Notes under the pieces: generated by a model | Database searches by the model: none | Seen by the model: the letters and a program-made list of their open reading frames with translations, nothing else | Told to the model about the DNA's origin: nothing | Translations under genes and position numbers: made by a program | In this document: in pieces, positions 9,647-18,965 of the stretch | How the letters are laid out: every line of letters begins with the position of its first letter | How positions within the stretch are numbered: position 1 is the stretch's first letter | Assembly: GCA_964585615.1 (NCBI GenBank) | Contig: CAZPEN010000023.1 | Location: forward strand, 1-64,000 | DNA: 64,000 nt | Direction: 5' to 3' | Source of the DNA: an uncultured Chthoniobacter sp. | GTDB lineage: Bacteria; Verrucomicrobiota; Verrucomicrobiia; Chthoniobacterales; Terrimicrobiaceae

Positions 9647-10252
9647 ATGAACCTGAAAAAATTCGCATGCCATTTCACTCTTGCCATGTTGCTTTTAGGA
9701 GTTACTCCGTCCTGCACACAAAATGACTCCCTCTATTCCGCCTGGGGGGTGAGGCGAGGGGAATTACTGATGAATAACTTCCCTGTGCCTGAAGGTGTAT
9801 ACGGATTCAACCCGTCTTGGGCGGAAACTGGTTTCCGGGGGTCAGTGACAGTGAGACGAGTTCCTCAAAGCGATGGCCTCAAAGTTTACAACATTACAGG
9901 TTCAATCTCTTGGAGTAGGCAGTCAAAGCCACATGAAAAAGATCCTCTGCCTGGTTGGCCAGATGCTCGAGAGGATGGCTCTGTCACTATAGACGGTGTA
10001 TATGCAAAAGCCGGGCGGTTCTACTTGCTAGATGGATCTGCTACTCTCAATGGCGTCGCGACTGGTCCTGGCTATTTCGACTATTTGAAGAAAGTCGGCC
10101 TGCCTGGCGGACAGAGAGAGTTTACAATCTCAACCCAGCAGATTCAGTGTGAAGTTGTGCCTACGAATACACCTCCAGGCTTAGTTATAAGCTGCTTCAA
10201 GAATAATGTGCCCATTCCACCTGTCAAAATTGTACTCTTCAAAAGACTCTGA
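9647..10252 (+). CDS. secreted hypothetical protein
   Basis: Signal peptide. Markedly lower GC than flanks. Confidence 0.5.
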   Translation: MNLKKFACHFTLAMLLLGVTPSCTQNDSLYSAWGVRRGELLMNNFPVPEGVYGFNPSWAETGFRGSVTVRRVPQSDGLKVYNITGSISWSRQSKPHEKDPLPGWPDAREDGSVTIDGVYAKAGRFYLLDGSATLNGVATGPGYFDYLKKVGLPGGQREFTISTQQIQCEVVPTNTPPGLVISCFKNNVPIPPVKIVLFKRL

Positions 10253-10352
10253 TCTCATCTCATATATGCAGCCGTTTCTTGGTAAACTGTAGTGTTAGTG
10301 CCATGATACAACACCACCATGAGATGTTACGTGGAGCAGAGAAACAAAAGCG

Positions 10353-11168
10353 ATGATCCCTACACTCCGCAAAAACGATAAAGGCGATGCTGTCTCGCGC
10401 TGGCAGACCTTTCTCATCGGCCAAGGCTTCCACGCAAAAGGCGCCGACGGCGTTTTCGGCAAGGACACGCTCATCGCCACGGCGGCTTTCCAAAAGAAAT
10501 ACAAACTCAAGCCCGACGGTGTCGTAGGCAACAGCACCTACGCGGTGGCCGCACAACTCGGCTTTCCGATCACCACCGATGACTCGACCGCCCAGAATTC
10601 CATCTCGTGGCCAGTGCCGCCGAAGGATTTCGGTCCGACCAACGCAGAAACCCGGGACGCTGAGTTCGGATGGTTTGATTTCGAGCACGCTCCAGCCCCC
10701 AAAAACTATGAACGCATCCGCATCCTCTCGACGTGGGAGAAGGATAATCTGATCGTGGTGGATGTCCCGCAACTAGCGAAGGCCCTTGGATTAGCCACCC
10801 AAAGAGCCACCATCCACAAGAATATCCAAGATCCCTTTCTCTCTGTGTGGGCAGCTTGGGAAAAAGCAGGGCTGCTAGACCGCATATTGACTTGGGAGGG
10901 TGCTTTCTCCCCACGCTTCATCCGGGGCGGAGCCACACCCAAGAACGTCCAGGCCAAGAATCGCAGCAAGCTCAGCAACCACGCATGGGGCACGGCTTTC
11001 GACATCAACTACGAGTGGAACCAACTCGGCTCCATTCCGGCCCTTGTCGGACAGAAGGGCAGCGTCCGCGAGTTGGTCCCGCTCGCCCTCAAGCACGGCT
11101 TCTTTTGGGGTGGTCACTTCCGCAACCGGCTCGACGGCATGCACTTCGAATGGGGGCGGTGGACATGA
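10353..11168 (+). CDS. peptidoglycan-binding domain (PG_binding_1) + M15 (VanY/L-Ala-D-Glu peptidase-like) zinc peptidase
   Basis: N-terminal GDAVSRWQTFLIGQGF..DGVFGKDT..AFQKKYKLKPDGVVGNSTY matches PG_binding_1. C-terminal SNHAWGTAFDIN and GGHF..DGMHFE motifs match M15 zinc-binding H-x6-D ... H. Confidence 0.75.
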   Translation: MIPTLRKNDKGDAVSRWQTFLIGQGFHAKGADGVFGKDTLIATAAFQKKYKLKPDGVVGNSTYAVAAQLGFPITTDDSTAQNSISWPVPPKDFGPTNAETRDAEFGWFDFEHAPAPKNYERIRILSTWEKDNLIVVDVPQLAKALGLATQRATIHKNIQDPFLSVWAAWEKAGLLDRILTWEGAFSPRFIRGGATPKNVQAKNRSKLSNHAWGTAFDINYEWNQLGSIPALVGQKGSVRELVPLALKHGFFWGGHFRNRLDGMHFEWGRWT

Positions 11169-11367
11169 TGCCCCGCCGGGGAGCGATGTATACCGCAGCC
11201 CCGAGCAAAGTGGGCGAACAAAGCTGGCACGGAAATCGGTTTTCGACTACAAAACTTCGCTTATGAATTTCTTCGCGAACGACCACCTCCAACGCAGCGG
11301 CTTGGCCTGATCAAACTCACTCTTTCAAATAATGTTTTGATTTCCCTCTTTTAACGATCCCACCTTC

Positions 11368-11838
11368 ATGAAAATAACAGATTTGACCGCGAAGATGAAA
11401 AAAGTCTCAGTACTTTCCGCAATCCTCTTCAGCCTTGCCTTTGCGGGGTGTGCTTCCATTTCCGATTACGACCAGACCGCATACAAGAATGCGGTTGATC
11501 TCAAGGTGGATACCCTGACTGTGATGAGTCGGGCCAATCAGCCCTATTCCTCCCAGAAAGACTCTTTGGACGCCTTGGGGGTGCAGATGGATAAGGCTTA
11601 CGAATACGACGCCGGACGACCAGTCAACCAGAAGACCCTCCAGATGTGGGATATCCTTTTGAAATCCGATGCCGCCATTCCCGAAAATGGAATCTGGCCG
11701 AAATTCGTGGAGAGGTGGCGGGCGGACGGGCGTCTCTCCGGAGCCTATCTGCAAGACAAGAAGGAAAACGTCGCCGATGCCTTCGACAAGATCATTGCCC
11801 TCGAAAGCGGCAAGTTGAAACCATCGGACATTCCCTGA
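11368..11838 (+). CDS. lipoprotein, unknown function
   Basis: Signal peptide with lipobox (LAFAGCAS). Confidence 0.5.
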   Translation: MKITDLTAKMKKVSVLSAILFSLAFAGCASISDYDQTAYKNAVDLKVDTLTVMSRANQPYSSQKDSLDALGVQMDKAYEYDAGRPVNQKTLQMWDILLKSDAAIPENGIWPKFVERWRADGRLSGAYLQDKKENVADAFDKIIALESGKLKPSDIP

Positions 11839-11844
11839 CAGCAT

Positions 11845-12171
11845 ATGGCAAAAAACAGCATTGATTGGGGCCAGGTCGGCAGCGACGTGGCGAAACTCGC
11901 ACAGAGCATCTTTTCGAGCCGCGCCAAGGCGCTGGCCAAGGATGGGATGATCTTCTTGAAGGAGGTCCAGGAGCGCGCAATTAAGTATCATCTTCAGCTC
12001 GCAACCGAGCAAATCACGAAGTCCGAATTCAACGAACTGATGCTTGACCTGAAGGCACTGGCGAAAATGGAAAAGCTCAAACAGGAGGGGCTCACCCTAG
12101 TCGCCCGTGACAAGTTTATTAACGGTGCCATCGACATCCTGATGAAAGCGGCGATTTCTGCCATTCCCTGA
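11845..12171 (+). CDS. hypothetical protein (helical)
   Basis: ORF tightly packed within the unidirectional cluster. Confidence 0.35.
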   Translation: MAKNSIDWGQVGSDVAKLAQSIFSSRAKALAKDGMIFLKEVQERAIKYHLQLATEQITKSEFNELMLDLKALAKMEKLKQEGLTLVARDKFINGAIDILMKAAISAIP

Positions 12172-12181
12172 GGAGGAGGCC

Positions 12182-12799
12182 ATGCCACTCTCTCTCCTGA
12201 ATAACACCTCGATCCGTCTCGATGAGGTGATTGCCGCCATGCGGGCGAAAAAATATCACGTATTTGACCGGGAGGACTACCAATTGAACATCGTCGGCAT
12301 CCGTCGGAGACCGTTCAAGGTGGATGTCTTCAACGATACTCTCTTCTGTTTTCACCCGTTGAACGGGCAGTGGACTTACGCGAAATACCAGATCACCACG
12401 ATTCCCGGACTCACGTATCTCAAGGAGAAATTTTATCATGAGAAGGGAACGGCCATTCTTATGCCCGGGCAATACAAGGATGCCTATGAAATCGGCAATC
12501 ATTGGGGGTATCAGGCGGTCTGCCAGAAGGACTCGGTGCGTCTGCCGGTCTATCGCGACGACAAGTTCGACGGTATCCCCGAGCTGGACGACAGAAAGCG
12601 CTTCACGGCTGGCGGGATCAATATCCACAGGGCTTCCCGACAAGGATGCACCATTCGGATCGGAGAGTACTCCGCCGGGTGCCAGGTTTTCCGGTGCGCC
12701 GAGCATTTCGATGGGTTTATGGCAACCGCCCGACGCGCCCGCGCAATGCATGGAAACTCCTTCACCTACACCTTGATCGACGAGTCGGACGTGCGGTGA
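12182..12799 (+). CDS. hypothetical protein
   Basis: ORF in the cluster. No motif I can assign with confidence. Confidence 0.4.
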   Translation: MPLSLLNNTSIRLDEVIAAMRAKKYHVFDREDYQLNIVGIRRRPFKVDVFNDTLFCFHPLNGQWTYAKYQITTIPGLTYLKEKFYHEKGTAILMPGQYKDAYEIGNHWGYQAVCQKDSVRLPVYRDDKFDGIPELDDRKRFTAGGINIHRASRQGCTIRIGEYSAGCQVFRCAEHFDGFMATARRARAMHGNSFTYTLIDESDVR

Positions 12800-12982
12800 G
12801 TTCCGCATGCTTCCGCTCAATAGCACTTGGGTGGAAAAACCATCGTGTCTCGACCGGCTATTCCGGGTTGATGGTCGAGAAGTCGGAGGTCCCGGAAGGT
12901 CCTCGGATTTTCTCTGTCATCGGTTTCCCGGATTGTCTCTTCACTGTCTCCACGGTTGAATTTTGGAGATTTGGGAGAAACT

Positions 12983-12998
12983 TGGCACGGAATCTGCC
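12983..12998 (+). promoter_or_regulatory. Sigma-54 -24/-12 promoter (near-consensus): TGGCACGgaatCTGC
   Basis: TGGCACG-N4-CTGC (GC of -12 conserved). 54 nt upstream of the ATG at 13051. Same TGGCACGGAAT as the promoter at 18894. Confidence 0.55.
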
Positions 12999-13050
12999 GA
13001 ATCGACATTTGTGAAAATATTGATTACCAACAAAAAATCATTCTAACGCC

Positions 13051-14592
13051 ATGGGATTCTTTACCGAACGCTGCCCGAACTGCGGGAAACCAATTTCCAA
13101 AAACGCCCAGCATTGCAACCACTGTGGCTGTCCGTCCTCCACCGCCTGGGCGAGTTGCCATTCCTGTGGCACCGCCGTGGGCGCGGACTCGAAATTCTGC
13201 TGGAAGTGCGGTTCCGAACAAAACCCGGACGCCAGGGTGAAGTTCTACGGCGACCGCTGGAGACGATCCGGTTCGGACTTCGCTGTGCGTGTGGAGTTGA
13301 ATACTCCTGAGGCCGTTCTCCACCACGGCCTTCAGGTGGACGACGGCACGCTTGCCCTGATTTTCCAGGACGGTCGGCTGCTGAGCACGCTGGAGCCGGG
13401 CTACCACACCTTCGACAACGTCCTCCAGCGGGTGCTGGGGCTGGACAAGGGCAAGTACGCCCACGCCGTGCTGCTTGACATGCGCTCGGCCGAGGTGGAC
13501 TTCTCGTTCTCCGGTTTGCAGGTGTCCGGCGGGCTGCTGGTGGATTTCCAGGCGCGGCTGTATTTTCAAATCACTGACCCGCAGGCATTTGTGGCTACGA
13601 TGGTGAGCGAGGCCGCATCAACTTTCACCACAGACGATCTCTCCCAGCGCTTCGGGGCGGAAGTTCGCGACGCCCTGCAGGGAGCCATCACCAGCCTCGA
13701 TCTCAACGACCTCCTTGTGCTGGGTGGCGTGCGGTCCCAAGTGGAGGAGGCAATGTCTGGCCCACTCCAACAGCGACTTGCGCCCTTCGGGATGCAGGTG
13801 GCGGGGTTGCGGTTGGTGGATTTCCATGGAACGGCCGTCGAAGGGGCCCGGGCCAAGCTCGGTGAACTGGCCCAACTCAACCGCGAATTCGAACTCAACC
13901 GCCGCCTCGAGGAGGCCCTCCGCCGCGAGAAAGTCGAGGCCTTCCGCAGCGAGGAGGAGGCGGGCGATTACTATTCGAAGATCACTGACGAATACGGACT
14001 CAAAGATGCAGAGCGCGAGGAGAAGAAAAAGCGTTGGGTACAGGCCGCCGAGAACCAGACGCAGGTCGAGGGGATCCGCCTCGATTACCAACTCCGCCGC
14101 CAGGAAATCCTCCACCGCCTCGACGAGCAGGCACTCCTTCACGAGCACGACTTTACCGATCTCAAGGCGAAGCTCGACCAGGACCGCCTCCGGCTCAACG
14201 AGGCGCTGGCCCACGATAAAGCACGCTTCGACCAGGAGCAGGCCCAACGACTCCATAAAGCCTCCACAAATAAAACCATCGCCGAGCAGGGTATCGACAC
14301 TCTCGTGAAGCTCAAGGAGGCGAAACTAGGGGTACGCAAGCAGGAAGACGAGCATGAGTTGAACCTCGAAAGCCAGCGCCTGCGCCTGAGAGGCGACGCA
14401 CCGCTCCAAGCCCTCATCGCCACACTGCCCGCCGAGCAGGCGGACCGATTGCTCAAACTGGCCGAGATGGAAATGCGCAAAGGGCTGAGCGCCGAGCAAT
14501 CCCTCGCGCTTGTCGCAGAAAAATCTCCCGAGATTTCTCCTGCTGTCGCCGACGCCCTGCGGGCGCGCTATGCAAACAAGGAGAAAGAATAA
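13051..14592 (+). CDS. zinc-ribbon (4 CxxC pairs) + SPFH/band-7-like domain + long coiled-coil protein
   Basis: N-terminus CPNCG..CNHCG..CHSCG..CWKCG. Middle region is beta-rich then helical, as in SPFH. C-terminal 200 aa charged coiled coil. SPFH assignment is tentative. Confidence 0.55.
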   Translation: MGFFTERCPNCGKPISKNAQHCNHCGCPSSTAWASCHSCGTAVGADSKFCWKCGSEQNPDARVKFYGDRWRRSGSDFAVRVELNTPEAVLHHGLQVDDGTLALIFQDGRLLSTLEPGYHTFDNVLQRVLGLDKGKYAHAVLLDMRSAEVDFSFSGLQVSGGLLVDFQARLYFQITDPQAFVATMVSEAASTFTTDDLSQRFGAEVRDALQGAITSLDLNDLLVLGGVRSQVEEAMSGPLQQRLAPFGMQVAGLRLVDFHGTAVEGARAKLGELAQLNREFELNRRLEEALRREKVEAFRSEEEAGDYYSKITDEYGLKDAEREEKKKRWVQAAENQTQVEGIRLDYQLRRQEILHRLDEQALLHEHDFTDLKAKLDQDRLRLNEALAHDKARFDQEQAQRLHKASTNKTIAEQGIDTLVKLKEAKLGVRKQEDEHELNLESQRLRLRGDAPLQALIATLPAEQADRLLKLAEMEMRKGLSAEQSLALVAEKSPEISPAVADALRARYANKEKE

Positions 14593-14863
14593 ATAAAATG
14601 GACTCCAGTTCCAATGACAATTCGGTTTCCCGTTGGATGGAACATCTCAGTTCCGCACTGCTTTTGCTCATGGGTGGCTGCCTGGGAGGGGGCGCGATTT
14701 TCGAGATTGTCTTTAAACGCGGAGAACCTTCCGTTTTGCGACAGGAAACATTGCTGGGAATTTTGGTGGCGGCAGCCCTCCTTCTTCCGGGGGTGGCACC
14801 AGAGTTTCGCGCAAACTAGCCAAACAAAAAATGAGAAATCAAAAATGGGGAAGCTGCAGAGAA

Positions 14864-15640
14864 ATGAAATACATTGTTTTAGCACTGCTGGGCATAGCAG
14901 GATTCTCTCGCGCGCAGGAGACAAATTCGCTTGGGATGAAACTTGTGCCGGTGCCTGGAACAAAGATCCTGATGGCGACGACGGAGGTGACGGTGGACCA
15001 ATACAAGGCGGCAGGGCTCGGGTATGAGTCGCCGAAGTTTCCGCAGGGAGGCAATCACCCTGCGGTGAACGTGAGCTGGAACGACGCGAAGAAGTATTGC
15101 GCGTGGCTGAGTAAGAAGGAGGGGAAGAAGTATCGGCTGCCGACAGATCATGAATGGAGTTGCGCTGTCGGAATCGGACATTTGGAGAATCCAGCAGACA
15201 ATCCGGCAAGCAAGAGTGAAAAGATCGTTGATGTGTATCCATGGGGAAAAGGGAAGCCGAGCGGGAAGGCAGGCAACTACATGGGGCAGGAGTGGAATTC
15301 GCCAATGGGAATCGAGACCGCTCAAAAATACGGATTCAAGCGGGGCGAGTGGAGTTTAGTTCCTGGCTATCACGACGGAGTTCTTTTCACATCGGCGGTC
15401 GGCAACTACTCACCGAATACATTTGGGATCTACGATTTGGGGGGAAACGTTTGGGAGTTGTGCGAGGACAAGTTCGGCGGGAACGGATATGATAAGAGCA
15501 TGCGTGTGCAACGGGGCGGGTCATGGGGATACTTCACCAAGGATTTTGTATTATCGTCCTCCCGTATCCGCAATGAACCAGGATCTCGCAGCGACAACAT
15601 CGGCTTTCGGGTTGTGTGTATTCCAATAGATAAACCGTGA
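14864..15640 (+). CDS. FGE-sulfatase (SUMF1/formylglycine-generating enzyme family) domain protein, secreted, paralog 1
   Basis: NHPAVNVSWNDAKKYCAWLS, RLPTDHEW, DLGGNVWE, RGGSW motifs typical of the FGE-sulfatase domain. Signal peptide. Confidence 0.8.
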   Translation: MKYIVLALLGIAGFSRAQETNSLGMKLVPVPGTKILMATTEVTVDQYKAAGLGYESPKFPQGGNHPAVNVSWNDAKKYCAWLSKKEGKKYRLPTDHEWSCAVGIGHLENPADNPASKSEKIVDVYPWGKGKPSGKAGNYMGQEWNSPMGIETAQKYGFKRGEWSLVPGYHDGVLFTSAVGNYSPNTFGIYDLGGNVWELCEDKFGGNGYDKSMRVQRGGSWGYFTKDFVLSSSRIRNEPGSRSDNIGFRVVCIPIDKP

Positions 15641-15756
15641 ATGATATGAATGAATCAAAAACGTTGGCAAAGCCAGGAATTGGAAGACAGCCTTCCGGAT
15701 TTAGTATCGAAGTGGAGAGCGAAGCGAAGCAAATGGCTTGCCGATCCGTCCGAGTA

Positions 15757-16566
15757 ATGAAAGCGAAACGCATCGGCAGGATGCGGATGCCACGATGGGT
15801 TGTCTTGGCGATGGCGCTTGTGGTGTCGGCGTCTATCGCTCGCGCGCAGGGTTTCACGAACAGCGTTGGAATGAAGATGGTTCCTGTGCCGGGCACAAAG
15901 ATCCTGATGGGGACGACGGAGGTGACAGTGGATCAATACCGGGCGGCAGGTCTGGGGTATGAGGCACCGGAGTTCGCGCAGAGCGGGAACCATCCGGCGG
16001 TGAATGTGAGCTGGAACGATGCGAAGAAATACTGCGCATGGCTGAGCAAGAAGGAGGGGAAGAAGTATCGTTTGCCGAGTGACCGGGAGTGGAGTTGCGC
16101 GGTGGGGATCGGGAATCTGGAGAGCGTGGGAGGGAGCCCGGAGAGCAAGTGCGAGAAGTTGCCGGATGTGTTTCCGTGGGGAAGCGGGAAGCCGAGTGGG
16201 AGGGCAGGGAATTACATGGGGCAGGAGTGGAAAAGTAGCTCGGCAGGAATAGCATATGCGAAATCGAAGGGTTGGAAAGAGGGGCAACTGTGCCTGGTTC
16301 CCGACTACAATGATGGACACATGTTCACGGCTCCCGTGGGAAGCTATTCACCGAACAGTCTTGGGATCTACGATCTGGGGGGAAACGTGTGGGAATGGTG
16401 CGAGGACAAATACGGAGGAAGCGGAGCAGCAAAAGCCTATCGTGTGATGCGCGGCGGGGCGTGGGGCGGTGGCGACATCTGCGGTTTGCTGTCGTCGTGT
16501 CGCGATCACGTCAATCCCGAGTATCGCGGCGGTAGCTACGGTTTTCGGGTGGTCTGTGAGGCGTGA
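15757..16566 (+). CDS. FGE-sulfatase domain protein, secreted, paralog 2 (tandem duplicate)
   Basis: About 70% identical to the upstream paralog over the domain. Same motifs. Confidence 0.8.
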   Translation: MKAKRIGRMRMPRWVVLAMALVVSASIARAQGFTNSVGMKMVPVPGTKILMGTTEVTVDQYRAAGLGYEAPEFAQSGNHPAVNVSWNDAKKYCAWLSKKEGKKYRLPSDREWSCAVGIGNLESVGGSPESKCEKLPDVFPWGSGKPSGRAGNYMGQEWKSSSAGIAYAKSKGWKEGQLCLVPDYNDGHMFTAPVGSYSPNSLGIYDLGGNVWEWCEDKYGGSGAAKAYRVMRGGAWGGGDICGLLSSCRDHVNPEYRGGSYGFRVVCEA

Positions 16567-16630
16567 TCCGGCGGCGAGGTGTAGCCCTTTACCCTTTTTC
16601 CCTGCGAAGCAGGGTCGGAAAAAACTTCAA
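16567..16630. repeat. Copy 2 of the conserved intergenic element with CCCTGC-gaa-GCAGGG inverted repeat
   Basis: See copy 1. Located immediately after the FGE paralog 2 stop and before the C39-like peptidase gene. Confidence 0.6.
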
Positions 16631-16646
16631 CCAGTAGATCAAAACC

Positions 16647-17366
16647 ATGAAATGCCATTTTGGTGGTTCAAAGCGGTCGAATCGAGAAAGCCAAGCCTCT
16701 CAACAGGAACTTAACGGTGTCCGGCGGATTTCGCTACTGCCTCTTTGCGTTTTTTTGATCCTGACTTTTCTCGCGAGCCATGTCGGAGCGCAATCCTACG
16801 GCTTGGCACCAATTTATGTGGGTATTGAGAAGAACGCGATATCCGGTATTTCGGCTTCGCAGAAGACACCGATGTGGTGTTGGGCTGCTTGTATTGAGAT
16901 GGTGTTGCGGTATTACAACATTGAAATCACTCAGGAAGATGTCGTCTATCGCACCTACGGTATTGACGCGGCTGGAAATCTGCCAGTATTTGGAGCGAAA
17001 GCCCCGGAGATCACACGGAATCTAAATAACTGGAGTTTCGATCGGAATGGCAAACCTTACGTGGTTCGGGCGGCGTTGTTTCCGGGAACTCCGCGTAACG
17101 AGATTGTCATTGATCATCTCAAATCGGGAAGGCCCATTATCCTGGGATATGGACCTGATCCTGATTCCGGCCATGTCGTGGTGCTGACGGCACTGAGTTA
17201 TGTCGTGGACCAATATGGGAGGCCATATGTGACTACCTTGATTGTGCGAGATCCGTTTCCCGATAATTGGGGATTGATGGATCGAGGGCGAAAGGAATAC
17301 GTGAACGGCATGCTCCCGGCACCGATTCAATGGATGTGGATCGTGGATGCAAAACGGGCCTATTGA
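16647..17366 (+). CDS. secreted papain-like cysteine peptidase (C39-like domain)
   Basis: Signal peptide. PMWCWAACIEMVL (Cys in a C39/papain-like context) and downstream SGHVVVLTAL His. Confidence 0.55.
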   Translation: MKCHFGGSKRSNRESQASQQELNGVRRISLLPLCVFLILTFLASHVGAQSYGLAPIYVGIEKNAISGISASQKTPMWCWAACIEMVLRYYNIEITQEDVVYRTYGIDAAGNLPVFGAKAPEITRNLNNWSFDRNGKPYVVRAALFPGTPRNEIVIDHLKSGRPIILGYGPDPDSGHVVVLTALSYVVDQYGRPYVTTLIVRDPFPDNWGLMDRGRKEYVNGMLPAPIQWMWIVDAKRAY

Positions 17367-17502
17367 ACTGCCACGCCTGATGAAGTACAAATAAATGTCT
17401 GCCCAGCACCGCGATAAATCCCTGTCCGCTCTTCTTTTAAAATATGACTGTAGCCAGATCCAAATATAGAAAGAGAAAGCTACAAATGGCTGTTCAGATT
17501 GG

Positions 17503-18771
17503 ATGTGTTGGGTTTCTGGTTGTATGAAAACAAGACCATGCCTTAGGATTGTGCGTCTAGCCTGCAAGCATTTCAATAAGTTGAGTCAGCGCGAGGTTTT
17601 CGCATTTGTTGTCATTTCTCTGGGAGGCTTGGCTGGTGGTTTTTTGAGTGATTTACGACATCCAGATCCTCTGGCAAGCCGGGAGAGCATGGATTATTTT
17701 TACCTGATTTTCGGTGTGGCTGCAGCTTGGGTTGGCGTCTACGTCGTTCTGGGGAGTGAGGTCGTCAAGCTTGTTCGCCGCTTTGCCCTGTCGGTGGTTT
17801 GTGGCTTCGCTGGCGTAGCGGTAATTGAAAGCACGCAAAGCTTTGTTGGAGTGAAGGAGAAGGTGGATTTTCAGAGTGCTTTGAATCAAGAGAAATTGAT
17901 ACAAGAAAGGATTCGACAGATTATCCGACAGCAGGAATTGCAAGTTGATGGGGCGAGAATTGAGAATAGCGCTGAAGCAAAGATCCAGGAGACGCGAAAT
18001 CGTTTAGCTCAGCTTCTTTCGATGGCAGCTGCCTATCCTTCGATGGAAACGGATGGCATGATACTTCCGACACTTTTTGTCGGCCTCGATACTCTTGAAG
18101 ACGGAGTCAAGCAAGCTCCGCGTGAGTCAGTGCAGGCACTTCGTGATCTTTCGGGATTGGAAGGTCTCTGCTTGTCGGATTACATGAAGGGTCTCCTAAA
18201 GCGACACTTGAGGAACGCGGAAACATCTCTGCAGGCAGTTGCCGCCTCTACTCCGATTCCCAATTTGGCAGGTTCTGAAGTCGCTTCCTCTCCTGCGACA
18301 GCGAAGCCCACTGCGCAAATAGGAAACATGCCCGGCAGAGGTGCATCACCCTCTCCTTCTCCAATCGGCCTTTCTACGGCTAGTCCAACGCCTGAGCAAG
18401 AATCTGCCGTGGGGTTTATCAGGGTTGCGAACTATGGCCCTCTTCAAAGTCAAAATCCAAAGTGGGATGATATTTTGATTCGCTCCGCGCAAGGAAATAA
18501 GAATCGAGGCTTCCCTAAACCAACCGGAGCGGAGCCCGAGAATGAAATGCTGGATCTGAACGCGAAATACGTTGTGGAGGCCGATATTTTTCTTCGTAGC
18601 GACTTTCCCTCAGTGAACGAGAAGGGGCTGTTATTCGCCCCCAGTATCGCCGTAATTAAAAGGGGATCTCTGGTTACAGTGACACGTGCGGCGATCAGAT
18701 CGAACAAATCGCTGTCTCAACTTTGGGCGGAAGTTTCCGTTAACCGAAACGATCTTCTTTCTGTTGAGTGA
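17503..18771 (+). CDS. membrane-anchored coiled-coil protein, unknown function
   Basis: N-terminal TM segments then long helical region. Lower GC at its 5' end. Confidence 0.45.
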   Translation: MCWVSGCMKTRPCLRIVRLACKHFNKLSQREVFAFVVISLGGLAGGFLSDLRHPDPLASRESMDYFYLIFGVAAAWVGVYVVLGSEVVKLVRRFALSVVCGFAGVAVIESTQSFVGVKEKVDFQSALNQEKLIQERIRQIIRQQELQVDGARIENSAEAKIQETRNRLAQLLSMAAAYPSMETDGMILPTLFVGLDTLEDGVKQAPRESVQALRDLSGLEGLCLSDYMKGLLKRHLRNAETSLQAVAASTPIPNLAGSEVASSPATAKPTAQIGNMPGRGASPSPSPIGLSTASPTPEQESAVGFIRVANYGPLQSQNPKWDDILIRSAQGNKNRGFPKPTGAEPENEMLDLNAKYVVEADIFLRSDFPSVNEKGLLFAPSIAVIKRGSLVTVTRAAIRSNKSLSQLWAEVSVNRNDLLSVE

Positions 18772-18893
18772 ACCAATCAACGACTGACTTTGCCATCCAT
18801 CGCCCCATGCCAAACAACGACATTGATTTTGCTCAGCCGTTTCATCGGGCAGGCACCAACCAGTGGTGTTGCGCCACACGGTTGCATGAATCT

Positions 18894-18909
18894 TGGCACG
18901 GAATTTGCC
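18894..18909 (+). promoter_or_regulatory. Sigma-54 -24/-12 promoter: TGGCACGgaatTTGC (perfect consensus)
   Basis: Exact TGGCACG-N4-TTGC. 58 nt upstream of the ATG at 18966. Precedes the tandem FHA-TM-caspase genes. Confidence 0.75.
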
Positions 18910-18965
18910 CAGAAGGCAGGCGTGACGAAACGTCCGAAGGCTATTAACTTTTCGAAGCATTTGCC

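Noticed and set aside
16801-16816. TGGCACcaattTATG as a fifth sigma-54 promoter
   Set aside because: The -12 element is TATG not TTGC, and it lies inside the coding region of the C39-like peptidase gene.
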